A DNA stretch of 64,000 nucleotides from Desulfurococcales archaeon. Its GTDB lineage: Archaea; Thermoproteota; Thermoprotei_A; Sulfolobales; NBVN01. Positions 27,131 through 36,560 of this stretch are shown one piece after another. The translations under genes were made by a program, and so were the position numbers. The stretch is taken from the NCBI GenBank assembly GCA_023255955.1, contig JAGDWD010000009.1:21-64020 (forward strand), written 5' to 3'. Every line of letters starts with the position of its first letter. Position 1 is the stretch's first letter. The notes beneath the pieces are model-generated. The model made no database searches. It saw only the letters and a program-made list of their open reading frames with translations, and was not told the DNA's origin.

Positions 27131-29011
27131 TCAAGAGCTCTCCTTGCTCATATGCTCGAGCAGGAAGGCTATCACGTCAGCCATCTCCCTGGCTAGTACC
27201 TCAGGTGATGATCCGGCATGACCTGACGCAGTTTCCAGTCTCAGGCACGTGTTGTTTCCGTAGCTAACGAGCTTCGCATAGAACTTCAGGGCGTGTGCTG
27301 GGTGGACCCTATCGTCGTAGAGACCTGTATAGATTATTGTGGGCGGGTATCTCACACCTTCTCTGAGGTTGTGGTATGGTGAGTATTTGAGGAGGTACTC
27401 TCTATCAACAGGGTTTTCAGGGTCTCCGTATTCCGGGATCCAAGCAGCTCCTATGTAGAGCTTGTGGTACTTAAGCATGTCTAGAACAGGGTAGCCGATC
27501 GCAGCAGCACAGAGTAGGTCAGGCCTCATAGTGATCACGGCACCCATAAGCAGGCCTCCGTTACTCCTACCTATACCGGCAACTCTATAGCCCATAGACT
27601 TGAAGGCCTCAGCAACAGCTATGTAGTCGTAGAACACGTTCATCTTCCTATCTCGCATACCTGCTCTATGCCATTCCTCACCGTACTCGGAACCACCCCT
27701 CAGATTCGCTACAACCACGTCAACCCCGAAATCTAGTAGTGTGGGGATCCAAGGCATGAAGTTGGGTGTGAGAGCTATGTTGAACCCTCTGTATCCATAG
27801 ATAACAACACGCTTAGACCCACTACGGCTTCCCACCCAGAAGTAGTGGATCTTAGTTCCGTCATGCGATACTGCGAATCCCTCCCTCACCTCAGCATCCA
27901 CGACCTTAGGGTGCTCCAGGACCTTCCTAAACGTGAGGACACCGTTAGAGGAGCCTACCTCTACGACCTCGTAAGGCTTAGTGAAGTACCTTACCTCAAT
28001 AAGTCCACCACCACCATCAGACCACATTCTAATAACACTAGCAGGCTCCGGGAACCTCACCTCCTGGACGAACCTACCGTCGAGATCGAACACCTTAATG
28101 TGTGAGGAGGCATCTACCAGGTACGAAGCTATTATGTAGTTCCCGACGAGCATAGCATCCTGGAGAGCTGTTCCCTGCTCAGGTACTAGCTCCTGGACAT
28201 TGCCTTCATGTGGTAGGAGCAGGATCCTCCCGAAACCTCCGCGATCGTATGTGGTGATGATGTAGCTATCCCCCACAGCATCTATGAACCAAGCCCTGGA
28301 CGTGCCGTCCAGTATCTTAACCCACCTAGTTGGGTCATCTACCGGTCCTGCGTACAGGGTGTTGCTAGCCCATCCATAGCTCACGTTTACCAGAGCTCTC
28401 CGGCCATCAGTTGAAGTAGTTAGGGATATGAAGAAGTTCCTTGGTATACCTTCACCGAACACTAACTCATCTTCTCCGTCTCTTCTCAGAAAAACTCTAT
28501 CACACGGTGCTTCAACCCCATCTGGACACGAACCGCTCCTGAAGAACTTGGAATAGTAGAACGATCCGTCCTCAAGTATCACGACATCCGATATGCTCCC
28601 CTTTATCCTGTCGACTACATCCATGCTCCTAACATCTAGAACGACTAGCTCCCCCACGTCAGCACCCTTCAGAGTGTAGAAGTAGGCTAACAGCTTCCCG
28701 TCTCTATCTAGGTAATAGTTATGTATGACAGCATCCTCACCGAGGTCCCTGCTGTCTACTAGTACAATTGACTCACTATCTTTTCTCAGATTTATGGTGA
28801 AGCTCTTATCTTTCCTAATAAAGAACATGCCGGCCTTACTTCTCTTTACGTTGTAGATTACGGGTAGGGTATAGTACTTAAGTGCTCTCTCATATACTAG
28901 GTCACTCGTAGATCTCAAGCTCTCAATACATTTTCTACTCTCATTAAGCGCCCACTCGATGATATCGGCTCTATCTATTAACTCGTACTTATCGAAAATA
29001 TCTGATAGCAT
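27131..29011 (-). CDS. Prolyl oligopeptidase family (S9) serine peptidase
   Basis: GRSNGGLLMG nucleophile elbow, an N-terminal beta-propeller-like region and a C-terminal catalytic His region. The start is set at the ATG at 29011. Confidence 0.8.
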   Translation of the reverse strand: MLSDIFDKYELIDRADIIEWALNESRKCIESLRSTSDLVYERALKYYTLPVIYNVKRSKAGMFFIRKDKSFTINLRKDSESIVLVDSRDLGEDAVIHNYYLDRDGKLLAYFYTLKGADVGELVVLDVRSMDVVDRIKGSISDVVILEDGSFYYSKFFRSGSCPDGVEAPCDRVFLRRDGEDELVFGEGIPRNFFISLTTSTDGRRALVNVSYGWASNTLYAGPVDDPTRWVKILDGTSRAWFIDAVGDSYIITTYDRGGFGRILLLPHEGNVQELVPEQGTALQDAMLVGNYIIASYLVDASSHIKVFDLDGRFVQEVRFPEPASVIRMWSDGGGGLIEVRYFTKPYEVVEVGSSNGVLTFRKVLEHPKVVDAEVREGFAVSHDGTKIHYFWVGSRSGSKRVVIYGYRGFNIALTPNFMPWIPTLLDFGVDVVVANLRGGSEYGEEWHRAGMRDRKMNVFYDYIAVAEAFKSMGYRVAGIGRSNGGLLMGAVITMRPDLLCAAAIGYPVLDMLKYHKLYIGAAWIPEYGDPENPVDREYLLKYSPYHNLREGVRYPPTIIYTGLYDDRVHPAHALKFYAKLVSYGNNTCLRLETASGHAGSSPEVLAREMADVIAFLLEHMSKESS

Positions 29012-29372
29012 ACACGTACCCAAAAATAATCTAAAAACTCGCAATAAAAAATATTCTTTTATAGATTCCCTTAGTGAGATTCTGAAGACATTTACTGAGC
29101 TACTAAACATGAACTACCTAGAGAGTTGTAGGAAATTATAAACTAGGTAATTTAAAGAGCTAATTAAGAAACATCCACAGCTGAGGCCGCCCAGAGTGGC
29201 TACGTTACTGGGTATATTTCGTAGTGTTCGTGAGAACTTGAATATTATCCCGGAACTGCTGTGGATATTAAACACATGCTGTAAGCATCTTCAGGTAACA
29301 CTCGACAACTACCTGGGAGTTGAACCTAGCTGAATAAGATTTTCTTATGCTAAGCTATTTTCTGGGGTCTGC

Positions 29373-29849
29373 ATGAGGGAGTATCCTCAGCACGCTATAG
29401 CCGCAGTGGCTGCGGTTCTAATGAGGGGCGACTCGATACTTTTAATAAGGAGGGGCTACCCTCCCGCAATTGGTAAGTGGTCGTTACCGGGTGGTGTCAT
29501 AGAACCTGGTGAGAAATTATGTGATGCTGCTCGGAGGGAGCTTAAGGAGGAGACAGGGCTTGATGCTGAGCCTGTCGGGGTGCTCTGGGTGTTGAATAAT
29601 GTTGTGCTAGATCGTGCTGCTAGGGTTAAGTACCACTATCTTATACTGGACATACTCTTCGACGGTAACTCAGTGCGTGGGAACCTCTCTGCGAGTGGGG
29701 ATGCTCTAGATGTGAGGTGGTTCACTCTGGATGAGGTGATGGAGCGTGACGATGTCTCTAAGACCGTGAAGAAGCTTGTTGCTAGGATCAGAAGCTACGG
29801 CTTAACATATATCCCACTAGACTCGGTGGACAACATAACTACGGAGTGA
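29373..29849 (+). CDS. NUDIX hydrolase
   Basis: Nudix box GGVIEPGEKLCDAARRELKEETGL. Confidence 0.8.
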   Translation: MREYPQHAIAAVAAVLMRGDSILLIRRGYPPAIGKWSLPGGVIEPGEKLCDAARRELKEETGLDAEPVGVLWVLNNVVLDRAARVKYHYLILDILFDGNSVRGNLSASGDALDVRWFTLDEVMERDDVSKTVKKLVARIRSYGLTYIPLDSVDNITTE

Positions 29850-29883
29850 CGTTAGCTGAGACTGCCTCAACTAATATTCGGGA

Positions 29884-30339
29884 CTACCTACTCTTTAGAG
29901 CTTCCTCTAGGGCCTTAGTGAACACACTGGGCTTACCTATATGTTTCTCTATGCTTGCTAGTAGCTCTAGGCTGTTCAGGTCTATCTCTATATCGTTGTC
30001 GTTTATTACAGCTATCGACACGTTTTCAAATGGGTTGGGGGGTGAGTCAGGTAGTGAAGGCTCGGGCTTATCCTTCCCCACGTACACCCACACTAACCTA
30101 TTGTCCCGCCTAACTACTCTATACCAGTAGCGACCGAAGTATATGTACTTCACCCTCCCCGCATCGTTGTTCTTGTAGGCTACATGCATAGGCTTCACAT
30201 AGTATCCGGTGTCCTTTATTCTCTCGTTGTAGGAAAGTATCTCGAGCTTGAACTGGGAGTAGAGGTCCAGTATGTGGCTCAGACCTCCCTTAATCAGTAC
30301 TTTCCTCCTCGGCAATACCGGCACCGCAGATCTTCTCAT
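29884..30339 (-). CDS. Hypothetical protein
   Basis: 151-aa ORF that overlaps the upstream ORF by 50 nt, so the start is uncertain. I recognised no motif. Confidence 0.35.
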   Translation of the reverse strand: MRRSAVPVLPRRKVLIKGGLSHILDLYSQFKLEILSYNERIKDTGYYVKPMHVAYKNNDAGRVKYIYFGRYWYRVVRRDNRLVWVYVGKDKPEPSLPDSPPNPFENVSIAVINDNDIEIDLNSLELLASIEKHIGKPSVFTKALEEALKSR

Positions 30340-30790
30340 CTAGGGTTATAATAAGCTCTCCAAGCTCGGTCATGACCCTAGATACGGTAGCGTAGACAAC
30401 TCTAGGGTTAACACCCCTCGAGGACACTACCTTCATGACCTCGTTCTCAACAAGTGCGTACTTCTTTAAGGTCTCGTTAAGCCTCCTCCAAGGAATACTG
30501 GAGAGTGCTTTCTCTACTTCCAGATCTCTCCGCAGGTAGCCCAACAACATCATCACAGATATGATAGGGTACCCGACATACCTCCTGAAAACCGTCCCGT
30601 TATCTGTACTACATGCCCGGAACTCTCTCTGCCCCACCCTCTCTACGTAGACCCTATACGTCCTAGAACCATCGGATGATACCACGCTAAAAAAGTTCTC
30701 GCTCTCCTTCCTAACCCTCCCATCAGCTAGAGCACCTAAAGCCTCCAAGACCTTGATCCTGGGGGGTAGTGAGAGTCTGGTTGAGTACAT
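30290..30790 (-). CDS. Hypothetical protein
   Basis: 166-aa ORF with coding-like composition that starts 3 nt downstream of the gcvH stop codon. I recognised no motif. Confidence 0.4.
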   Translation of the reverse strand: MYSTRLSLPPRIKVLEALGALADGRVRKESENFFSVVSSDGSRTYRVYVERVGQREFRACSTDNGTVFRRYVGYPIISVMMLLGYLRRDLEVEKALSSIPWRRLNETLKKYALVENEVMKVVSSRGVNPRVVYATVSRVMTELGELIITLDEKICGAGIAEEESTD

Positions 30791-30793
30791 GGA

Positions 30794-31222
30794 TTAACTG
30801 ACTCCCTCTCTCTTCTCTATGAACTTAACGTACTCATCCGGGGTCAGTAACTTGGGGAAAGTCCCTGAGAGCTTAATCTTAGCTATCCACCCACTACCGT
30901 ACGGGTCCTTATTTATTAGGTCGGGAGATGATGGTAGTTCTTCGTTTACCTCTACTATAGTGCCGTCGACGGGGGTGTATATGTCCGCTATAGCCTTAAC
31001 GGATTCAAGTGTGGCTATGACCTCACCCTTCCTTACCTCCCTACCAGTTTCGGGGAGCTCTACACTCACAACGTGCTTCAACTTCTTCTGGGCGTAGTCG
31101 GTTATGCCTACGATAACCGAGTCTCCGACTACTTTAACCCACTCGTCCGTGTCGGTGTAGAGAAGGTCTTCCTTAACTAAGTACTCCCCTATCTTAGTCT
31201 TAACCACTACCACGGGCTTCAC
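30794..31222 (-). CDS. gcvH: Glycine cleavage system H protein
   Basis: Lipoyl-lysine motif LESVKAIADIYTPVDG. 4-nt overlap with gcvT. Confidence 0.85.
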   Translation of the reverse strand: MKPVVVVKTKIGEYLVKEDLLYTDTDEWVKVVGDSVIVGITDYAQKKLKHVVSVELPETGREVRKGEVIATLESVKAIADIYTPVDGTIVEVNEELPSSPDLINKDPYGSGWIAKIKLSGTFPKLLTPDEYVKFIEKREGVS

Positions 31223-32337
31223 CCAGCTATAAATGGTGGTTCAACTATTTTAGCTTCGAAGAGCCTGTTCCTGCTCTTCACGTGTACAGTCCCACCGAGG
31301 TAGGCATGACGTGTGTTAACGTAGGCCATAGCTATAGCTCGCCCTAGGTAGTTTGAGAACGTCCCGCTAGTTACGTAACCAACTTCCTTCTCCCCTATTA
31401 ATACAGGATCCCCGTGTCTAGGTACAAATCTTTGGTCCTTCTTAAACCTGAGACCTACCCGTATCCTATCTACCCCCTCAACATATTTCTTCCTGACTGC
31501 TTCCGACCCTACATACCCTGTCTTCTCGGCATCGAAGGCCATCCAGTACCTAGCCTCCACAGGGCTAGTGTTCTCATCGAAGTCTACACCTGAGAGTAAG
31601 TAGCCTGCTTCCAGCCTCAGACTATCCCTAGCTATTAGACCCGCAGGTCTTATACCTAACTCCACCAACTTCTTAAAGAGTTTAGCACCGAGCTCGACTG
31701 AACACCATACCTCATATCCATGCGATCTCACCTCCTCCCCGGTCCAGCCGGACCTACTAATAAGGACGGCTCTATCCCCAAGTAACTCAACGTCCGTTAG
31801 GAACTGGAGTATCTTCAGCTTACCGACAGAACCAACTCCGAGGGACTCCATGACTTCGAGGGCTTTAGGTCCCTGGATAGCTATCAGGACACTCTTCTCA
31901 GTAACGTTCTCTATCTCGATATCTGTATATCCGAGCTCGTTCCTCCACTTATTAAGCCATGAGAGGTCCTTATCTATGTTTGGAGCATTTACGACAGCGT
32001 ACCACAGGTCCTTCTTTACATGGTAGAGCATTACGTCATCTATCATACCCCCACCCTCATTTAGCAGGAGAACAGGCCCGCTCATAGATCCCTCAGGAAC
32101 CTTACTAATATCTCTACTCACAACCCTCTGGAGGAACTCAACTACCCTACTCCCTCTGATTATGAAGCGCCCCATGTGGCTGACATCGAAGAACGCTACC
32201 GATGTCCTAACAGATACGTGTTCCCCGACTGGGTCTCCGAAGTCGAGGGAGGTTAACCACCCACCGAACTCTCCGAGGTTTCCTCTAAAGCTCCTATGTA
32301 GTTCGATTAGCGGGACCGACCGCACGGGTATTCCCAA
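31219..32337 (-). CDS. gcvT: Glycine cleavage system aminomethyltransferase T
   Basis: 372 aa with FDVSHMGRF and RDSLRLEAG motifs. Confidence 0.85.
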   Translation of the reverse strand: MGIPVRSVPLIELHRSFRGNLGEFGGWLTSLDFGDPVGEHVSVRTSVAFFDVSHMGRFIIRGSRVVEFLQRVVSRDISKVPEGSMSGPVLLLNEGGGMIDDVMLYHVKKDLWYAVVNAPNIDKDLSWLNKWRNELGYTDIEIENVTEKSVLIAIQGPKALEVMESLGVGSVGKLKILQFLTDVELLGDRAVLISRSGWTGEEVRSHGYEVWCSVELGAKLFKKLVELGIRPAGLIARDSLRLEAGYLLSGVDFDENTSPVEARYWMAFDAEKTGYVGSEAVRKKYVEGVDRIRVGLRFKKDQRFVPRHGDPVLIGEKEVGYVTSGTFSNYLGRAIAMAYVNTRHAYLGGTVHVKSRNRLFEAKIVEPPFIAG

Positions 32338-32359
32338 GATCTTAGAGATACAAACTATA

Positions 32360-32788
32360 TTAGTTACGATCCACCTTCTTATTCCCTCTCAGAAACCTGG
32401 ATACGTAGCTTAACCTAGGCTCCTCCCGCAGTATCCGATCTATATTAGCATAGCACTCCCTGCATACCCGGATCCCAGGCTGTAACTCCACTGAGCAATC
32501 GCGGCACACTAACCTACCGCAGATAATGCAGCTATCTACCGCGATCTTAGTTCCACATATGTTGCAGAGGTTTTCATAGCATATAGCGCAGACCCCCTTC
32601 TCGGAGTTATAGTGAGCTGGGCACACCCTCCTCTTACAGATACCGCACTCATACCTAGCCTCACTAGACCAGCAGACCTCGCACACACTCAAGGTTATAA
32701 ACCCTGAATAGGATTCTTCATGGGATGACCTGACGACACTCACTGACCCAGTGATGTAGGTGGAGCGACTGGGACCGCGACAGCCCAT
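32360..32788 (-). CDS. Cysteine-rich multi-zinc-finger (B-box-like) protein
   Basis: Repeated CxxC pairs (CEVC, CGIC, CAIC, CNIC, CIIC, CRDC, CREC). The true start is probably internal. Confidence 0.5.
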   Translation of the reverse strand: MGCRGPSRSTYITGSVSVVRSSHEESYSGFITLSVCEVCWSSEARYECGICKRRVCPAHYNSEKGVCAICYENLCNICGTKIAVDSCIICGRLVCRDCSVELQPGIRVCRECYANIDRILREEPRLSYVSRFLRGNKKVDRN

Positions 32789-33035
32789 GAGTACTTATCT
32801 CGGTGATACTCCTCAAATCTTACCCCTGTGAAGAGTGCCGAACCCGTAAATAATTTGAACCACCCCTTCTCCGAGTAAACCACATAGATGCTTAGTTCTC
32901 CCCAGTGTATCAAGACCGGGGACTGAGTAAGATATGGCCGTAGTTTTCGCGGTGTTTACTTATCATGGCACATTGCTTAGACATCGTCCCGGTTAATCGG
33001 GGTCGTCCTTAGGTTTTAAACTAGTGTTATAGCAG

Positions 33036-34679
33036 GTGTTAACCTACTACAATATACAATATCTACTACAGAACATCTCTTCCACTCGGGTTTCAGCAGT
33101 GGTATCGGAGGAACTTGTACTGGCTATCTCCCAGGAGCCCAGAAAGGAGTGTCCCCTCCTAGTCCCGGAGGGCTTCGGGCCTCTAGCAGGTGTTAGAGTT
33201 GTTTCCTCCGGGATCCTAATAGCGCAGCCCTTCGCGGCTTACATGGCTGCTCTCTGGGGTGCTGAGGTAATTCATGTGGAGAGACCTGGGGGTGATACCT
33301 ACAGATACTCACCGCCCTTTATGGAGTCTAGTGAGGGTAGGGTTAACACGTGGTGGGCTCAGGAGAGGAGGAACGTCCTGTCGATTGTAGTGGACCTCAG
33401 GAAGGATAGGGGTAAGGAAGTGTTCTTGAGGTTGCTGAGGCAGGCTGACATATGGATGGAGAGCTCCATGCCTGGAACCCAGAAGCTTGGGATTACGGAT
33501 GAGCTAGCTCATAAGGTAAATCCCCAGCTGGTATAGTTCACGTATCAGGGTTCGGCCACTTCGGAGACCTAACTACTTGGGGTTACCAGCCTACGACGGC
33601 TATTGCTGCTGCCTTCAGTGGTTGGATAAGTATTAACGGATTTCCAGATAGCCCGCCCTATAAGCCGTATCCCTACACAGGCGACTACGTAACAGCTCTT
33701 CACGCACTATCAGCAGCTCTAGCTGGTTACATATATGCAAAGAGAACCGATAGGGGAATCTCAATAGATGTCGCTCAGTTTGAGTGTATAGCGAATATCT
33801 TCGGGGGCTATGGCTCCAGACTACAGAGCTCGGTGACGAGCCCGGCAGGTACGGGAATAAGGACAGGTACTTCCAACCCTACGACATATTTGAGACTAAG
33901 GACGGGGAGTACATATTCATAGGAGCCCTAGGGTACGAGGTCTTCCGAAGGCTCTGTGAGGCTTTAGGGCTCGACTTCAATGAGTGGCGGGACGTGCACT
34001 ACGCCCCGGGAATGCATACAGAGAAAGGTAAGCTCTTCGACTCCATACTGAGAGAGTGGGTGAGGAACAGGACAGCTAGTGAGGCACTGGAGGTACTCAA
34101 GAACTATAAGGTGCCGTGCTTTAAGGTATATAGACTAGGAGATGCCGTGAAAGACCCTCACTACAAAGCACGGGAAAACTTCATTGAGTGGGTTGACGAG
34201 AACCTCAAGAAGAAGATAAGGGGGTGGAGCATAGTCCGTTTGTCCCTAGATGCTCGTTGATGTGGGTTCATGTTCGTTCATCACATCTAGGGACTTCCAC
34301 CTCGCTCACAGGGGTTTTTGGTACCTCTGTGGGGTCATGGGTGGCTGTCGAGCTCAACGGCACGAGGCTCCCATCTACGTCTAACCCCGCAGAGCTCGGA
34401 GCACTGCTCCCATTACTCAGCGGGGTGTCCAAGCTACTTATAGGAATGGAGTTAATGAGCTTAACGCATACCCCAGAACACAGCAACCCTAAAAACCATA
34501 AACACAACACCCACCAATCAAAAACAGAACAGCCCAAATTCGATATGGAGAAAAAACCGAGGATATGGAGAGGCGCTCCCAGACTAGGCCAGGACGCCCT
34601 CGAAATACTAACTAAGCTACTAGGATATAGCCCCAACGAAGTTGAGCAACTTAAGAATAGTGACGTGATTTGTTGCTGA
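33036..34679 (+). pseudogene. Family III CoA-transferase (CaiB/BaiF/Frc-like) with two frameshifts and a repeat insertion
   Basis: GPLAGVRVV...GAEVIHVERPGGD in frame 0. VSGFGHFG...GISIDVAQFE in a second frame from about 33534. GRYGNKDRYFQPYDIFETKDGEYIFIG in a third frame after the GGGGG run at about 33803. The C-terminal APRLGQDALEILTKLLGYS follows only after the 300-nt insert. Confidence 0.75.
34236..34535 (+). mobile_element. Interspersed structured repeat, copy B. It is in sense orientation within the CoA-transferase pseudogene.
   Basis: Full-length alignment to copies A and C with the same hairpins. It is flanked by coding sequence on both sides: ...KKKIRGWSIV and KFDMEKKPRIW... Confidence 0.7.
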
Positions 34680-35730
34680 TGAAGCACCACATATCACGAA
34701 GAGATGGGAAGATAAGTAACCTCAGAGAGACCTTAAGAAGTTCGTACAATCTGAATAAATCCTCATAAATCAAGTCAATCTAACTATTTTCTAGGCTTCC
34801 CCCGGATGCGACAATCAAATTACTCAAGACTTTCCTCGGGCTCGAGAATGGTTGCTGACACCCTTACCACTGAGATCGAAACCTCTACATTAGATGTAGT
34901 GCTTAGCTATGGTATTTCTACTTAAGGACCCCAACTTATTAGGAGACTTTAACTATGTAGGAGCTCTATCATTAATAGCTAAATGTCAGGTTTCTCCACT
35001 AGGTAGTGTGGCAAGCTCTCAATCTCGATGAAGATCAGTCCTTACATTTCCTAGTTATGATTTTAGGATATTTGGGAGCTATTATACGATCTAGCTAGGT
35101 CCTTCTCCACTACCTAGGTACTAGAACCGGCTTTAGTTGCAAACTGATTTTTACAGGCGTAGTTGCTTACAAGTAATTGGTTGCGAACACTCAGAGGTTC
35201 TTCTTAAGGTAGCTCGGATTAGAGCTCTGCAAACATGCTAGCAACATATACGTTCCGGGGTTAGGGTCCATCACATACAAGTACTTTACTTTCTGTGAAT
35301 ACGTATAAGAAACAACACAATACGTATACATAATAGGCAATTCTAATCCATTGATCTCTCATCTGCTGTGTTGTTTTATTGTGCTTTGTTTTAGGGCCTT
35401 AGCTATTTAAAGCCCTACCCTGCCACAGCCTAGCCCCACTTACCTACTAGAGCCCTACACCTAGACGCAAATTGTTAAACACGAACCTACGGTAAAGTAG
35501 ACCCATGATGGATTTTGAAATAGTTATCATGAAACTCCTACGCAGGGCTTGAGGAAAAGCTTAACGGTGAGGGCCTGTACCTAACCCTACTACTCTAGTT
35601 ATACCTCAGTAACCAACAGCCTGCCTTAGTAAAAACTGTCTTCCTAGTCTTAAAAATCTCGGAATTCGTGCGGATCCCGAAAGCTACATGCCCAAGGATT
35701 TAAACCCCTTTGCGTACCCTGACTAAAGGC

Positions 35731-35738
35731 TTTTATAT
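35731..35738 (+). promoter_or_regulatory. TATA box (TTTTATAT) upstream of the micro-ORF
   Basis: Located about 33-40 nt upstream of the ATG at 35771 in an otherwise ORF-free region. Confidence 0.35.
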
Positions 35739-35770
35739 GTTTAGTTGCTGATATATCTGTGGCGAAGCAT

Positions 35771-35839
35771 ATGTCCAGCGCAAAGAAGCCGGAGAAGAAG
35801 GAGGAGAAGAAGGAAGAAAAGAAAGAAAAGAAAAAGTGA
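35771..35839 (+). CDS. Candidate micro-protein of 22 aa: MSSAKKPEKKEEKKEEKKEKKK
   Basis: ATG ORF with an upstream TATA-like box and downstream oligo-T tracts (35876-35881 and 35931-35950). It is too short for the ORF track. Confidence 0.3.
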   Translation: MSSAKKPEKKEEKKEEKKEKKK

Positions 35840-35923
35840 GGAGGTAGTCCTAAGTTAAGCTTAACCTTTAACCAACTTTTTATTCTATTCTAATCTTAAC
35901 TCTACTCGGATTCTAAAAATTAA

Positions 35924-35983
35924 GGGGCTGTTTTATTTTTGGTTGGTGTTTTTGGGGAGGTTTGTGTGGGGCTTGGTGTTAGC
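35924..35983 (-). repeat. Tail-only fragment of the repeat family, inverted relative to 1-96
   Basis: Its reverse complement CACCAAGCCCCACACAAACCTCCCCAAAAACACCAACCAAAAATAAAACAGCCCC matches 1-35 plus 79-96 almost exactly. Confidence 0.6.
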
Positions 35984-36560
35984 TATGTTTTCTCTCGGTG
36001 GGTTGGGGAGGGTAGAATTGGAGCTGTTAACTCTATGGGTTGAGGAGTCAGAGGAGGAAGCTAGTTGAAGGATTCGAAAACTACTAGGAGAGGTTGAGGA
36101 GGAGTGAGTAGTGTTTCGAGAACTGTTATCGTTAAGAGTACTTCACCTCTAGGAGGGTATCTAAAGTTAGGAGGAAATCGTAGGGAGATGTGGAGGAAAT
36201 CAGTAGACCTAAGCTTGAAATGATTAGACAGCTGGGGCCGATATTTCTCGGGATCCACGTCGATGCGCTTTGAGAGTGCCTTGGGGAATGATGAAGATGA
36301 GGATGAAGGACGTTAGGACCGTTGTTAGGTCAGGAGCTAAGGAGGTCAAGGCTGTAGAAAGTAAAATAGTTAGGAAGAGTAAAGAAAATCAGAGGATTCG
36401 GTAAGATGTTAGACTAGATTAAGAAGGAAGGCCAAGAAAATTATTAACATAAGAATTTATCGTGCTAGGCTAATATCGCCCTAACTGCTACCTGAATAAA
36501 CCAAGGATGGTCCTAGACGGGTGAGAGACGAGGTAGCCTACTACTCTTGAAACCTAGGTA

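Noticed and set aside
34236-34535. The idea that the element is an intron. Removing 299 nt restores the reading frame in both the MFS gene and the CoA-transferase gene.
   Set aside because: The element is sense to the CoA-transferase gene but antisense to the MFS gene, so one structure-dependent splicing mechanism cannot serve both. No bulge-helix-bulge motif, group I boundary or group II boundary is evident. Frame restoration depends on a boundary ambiguity of 1-2 C residues, so by chance it is not unlikely.
34690-36560. A CRISPR array or leader in the ORF-free region.
   Set aside because: There is no regularly spaced direct repeat of 24-37 nt, only short scattered words.
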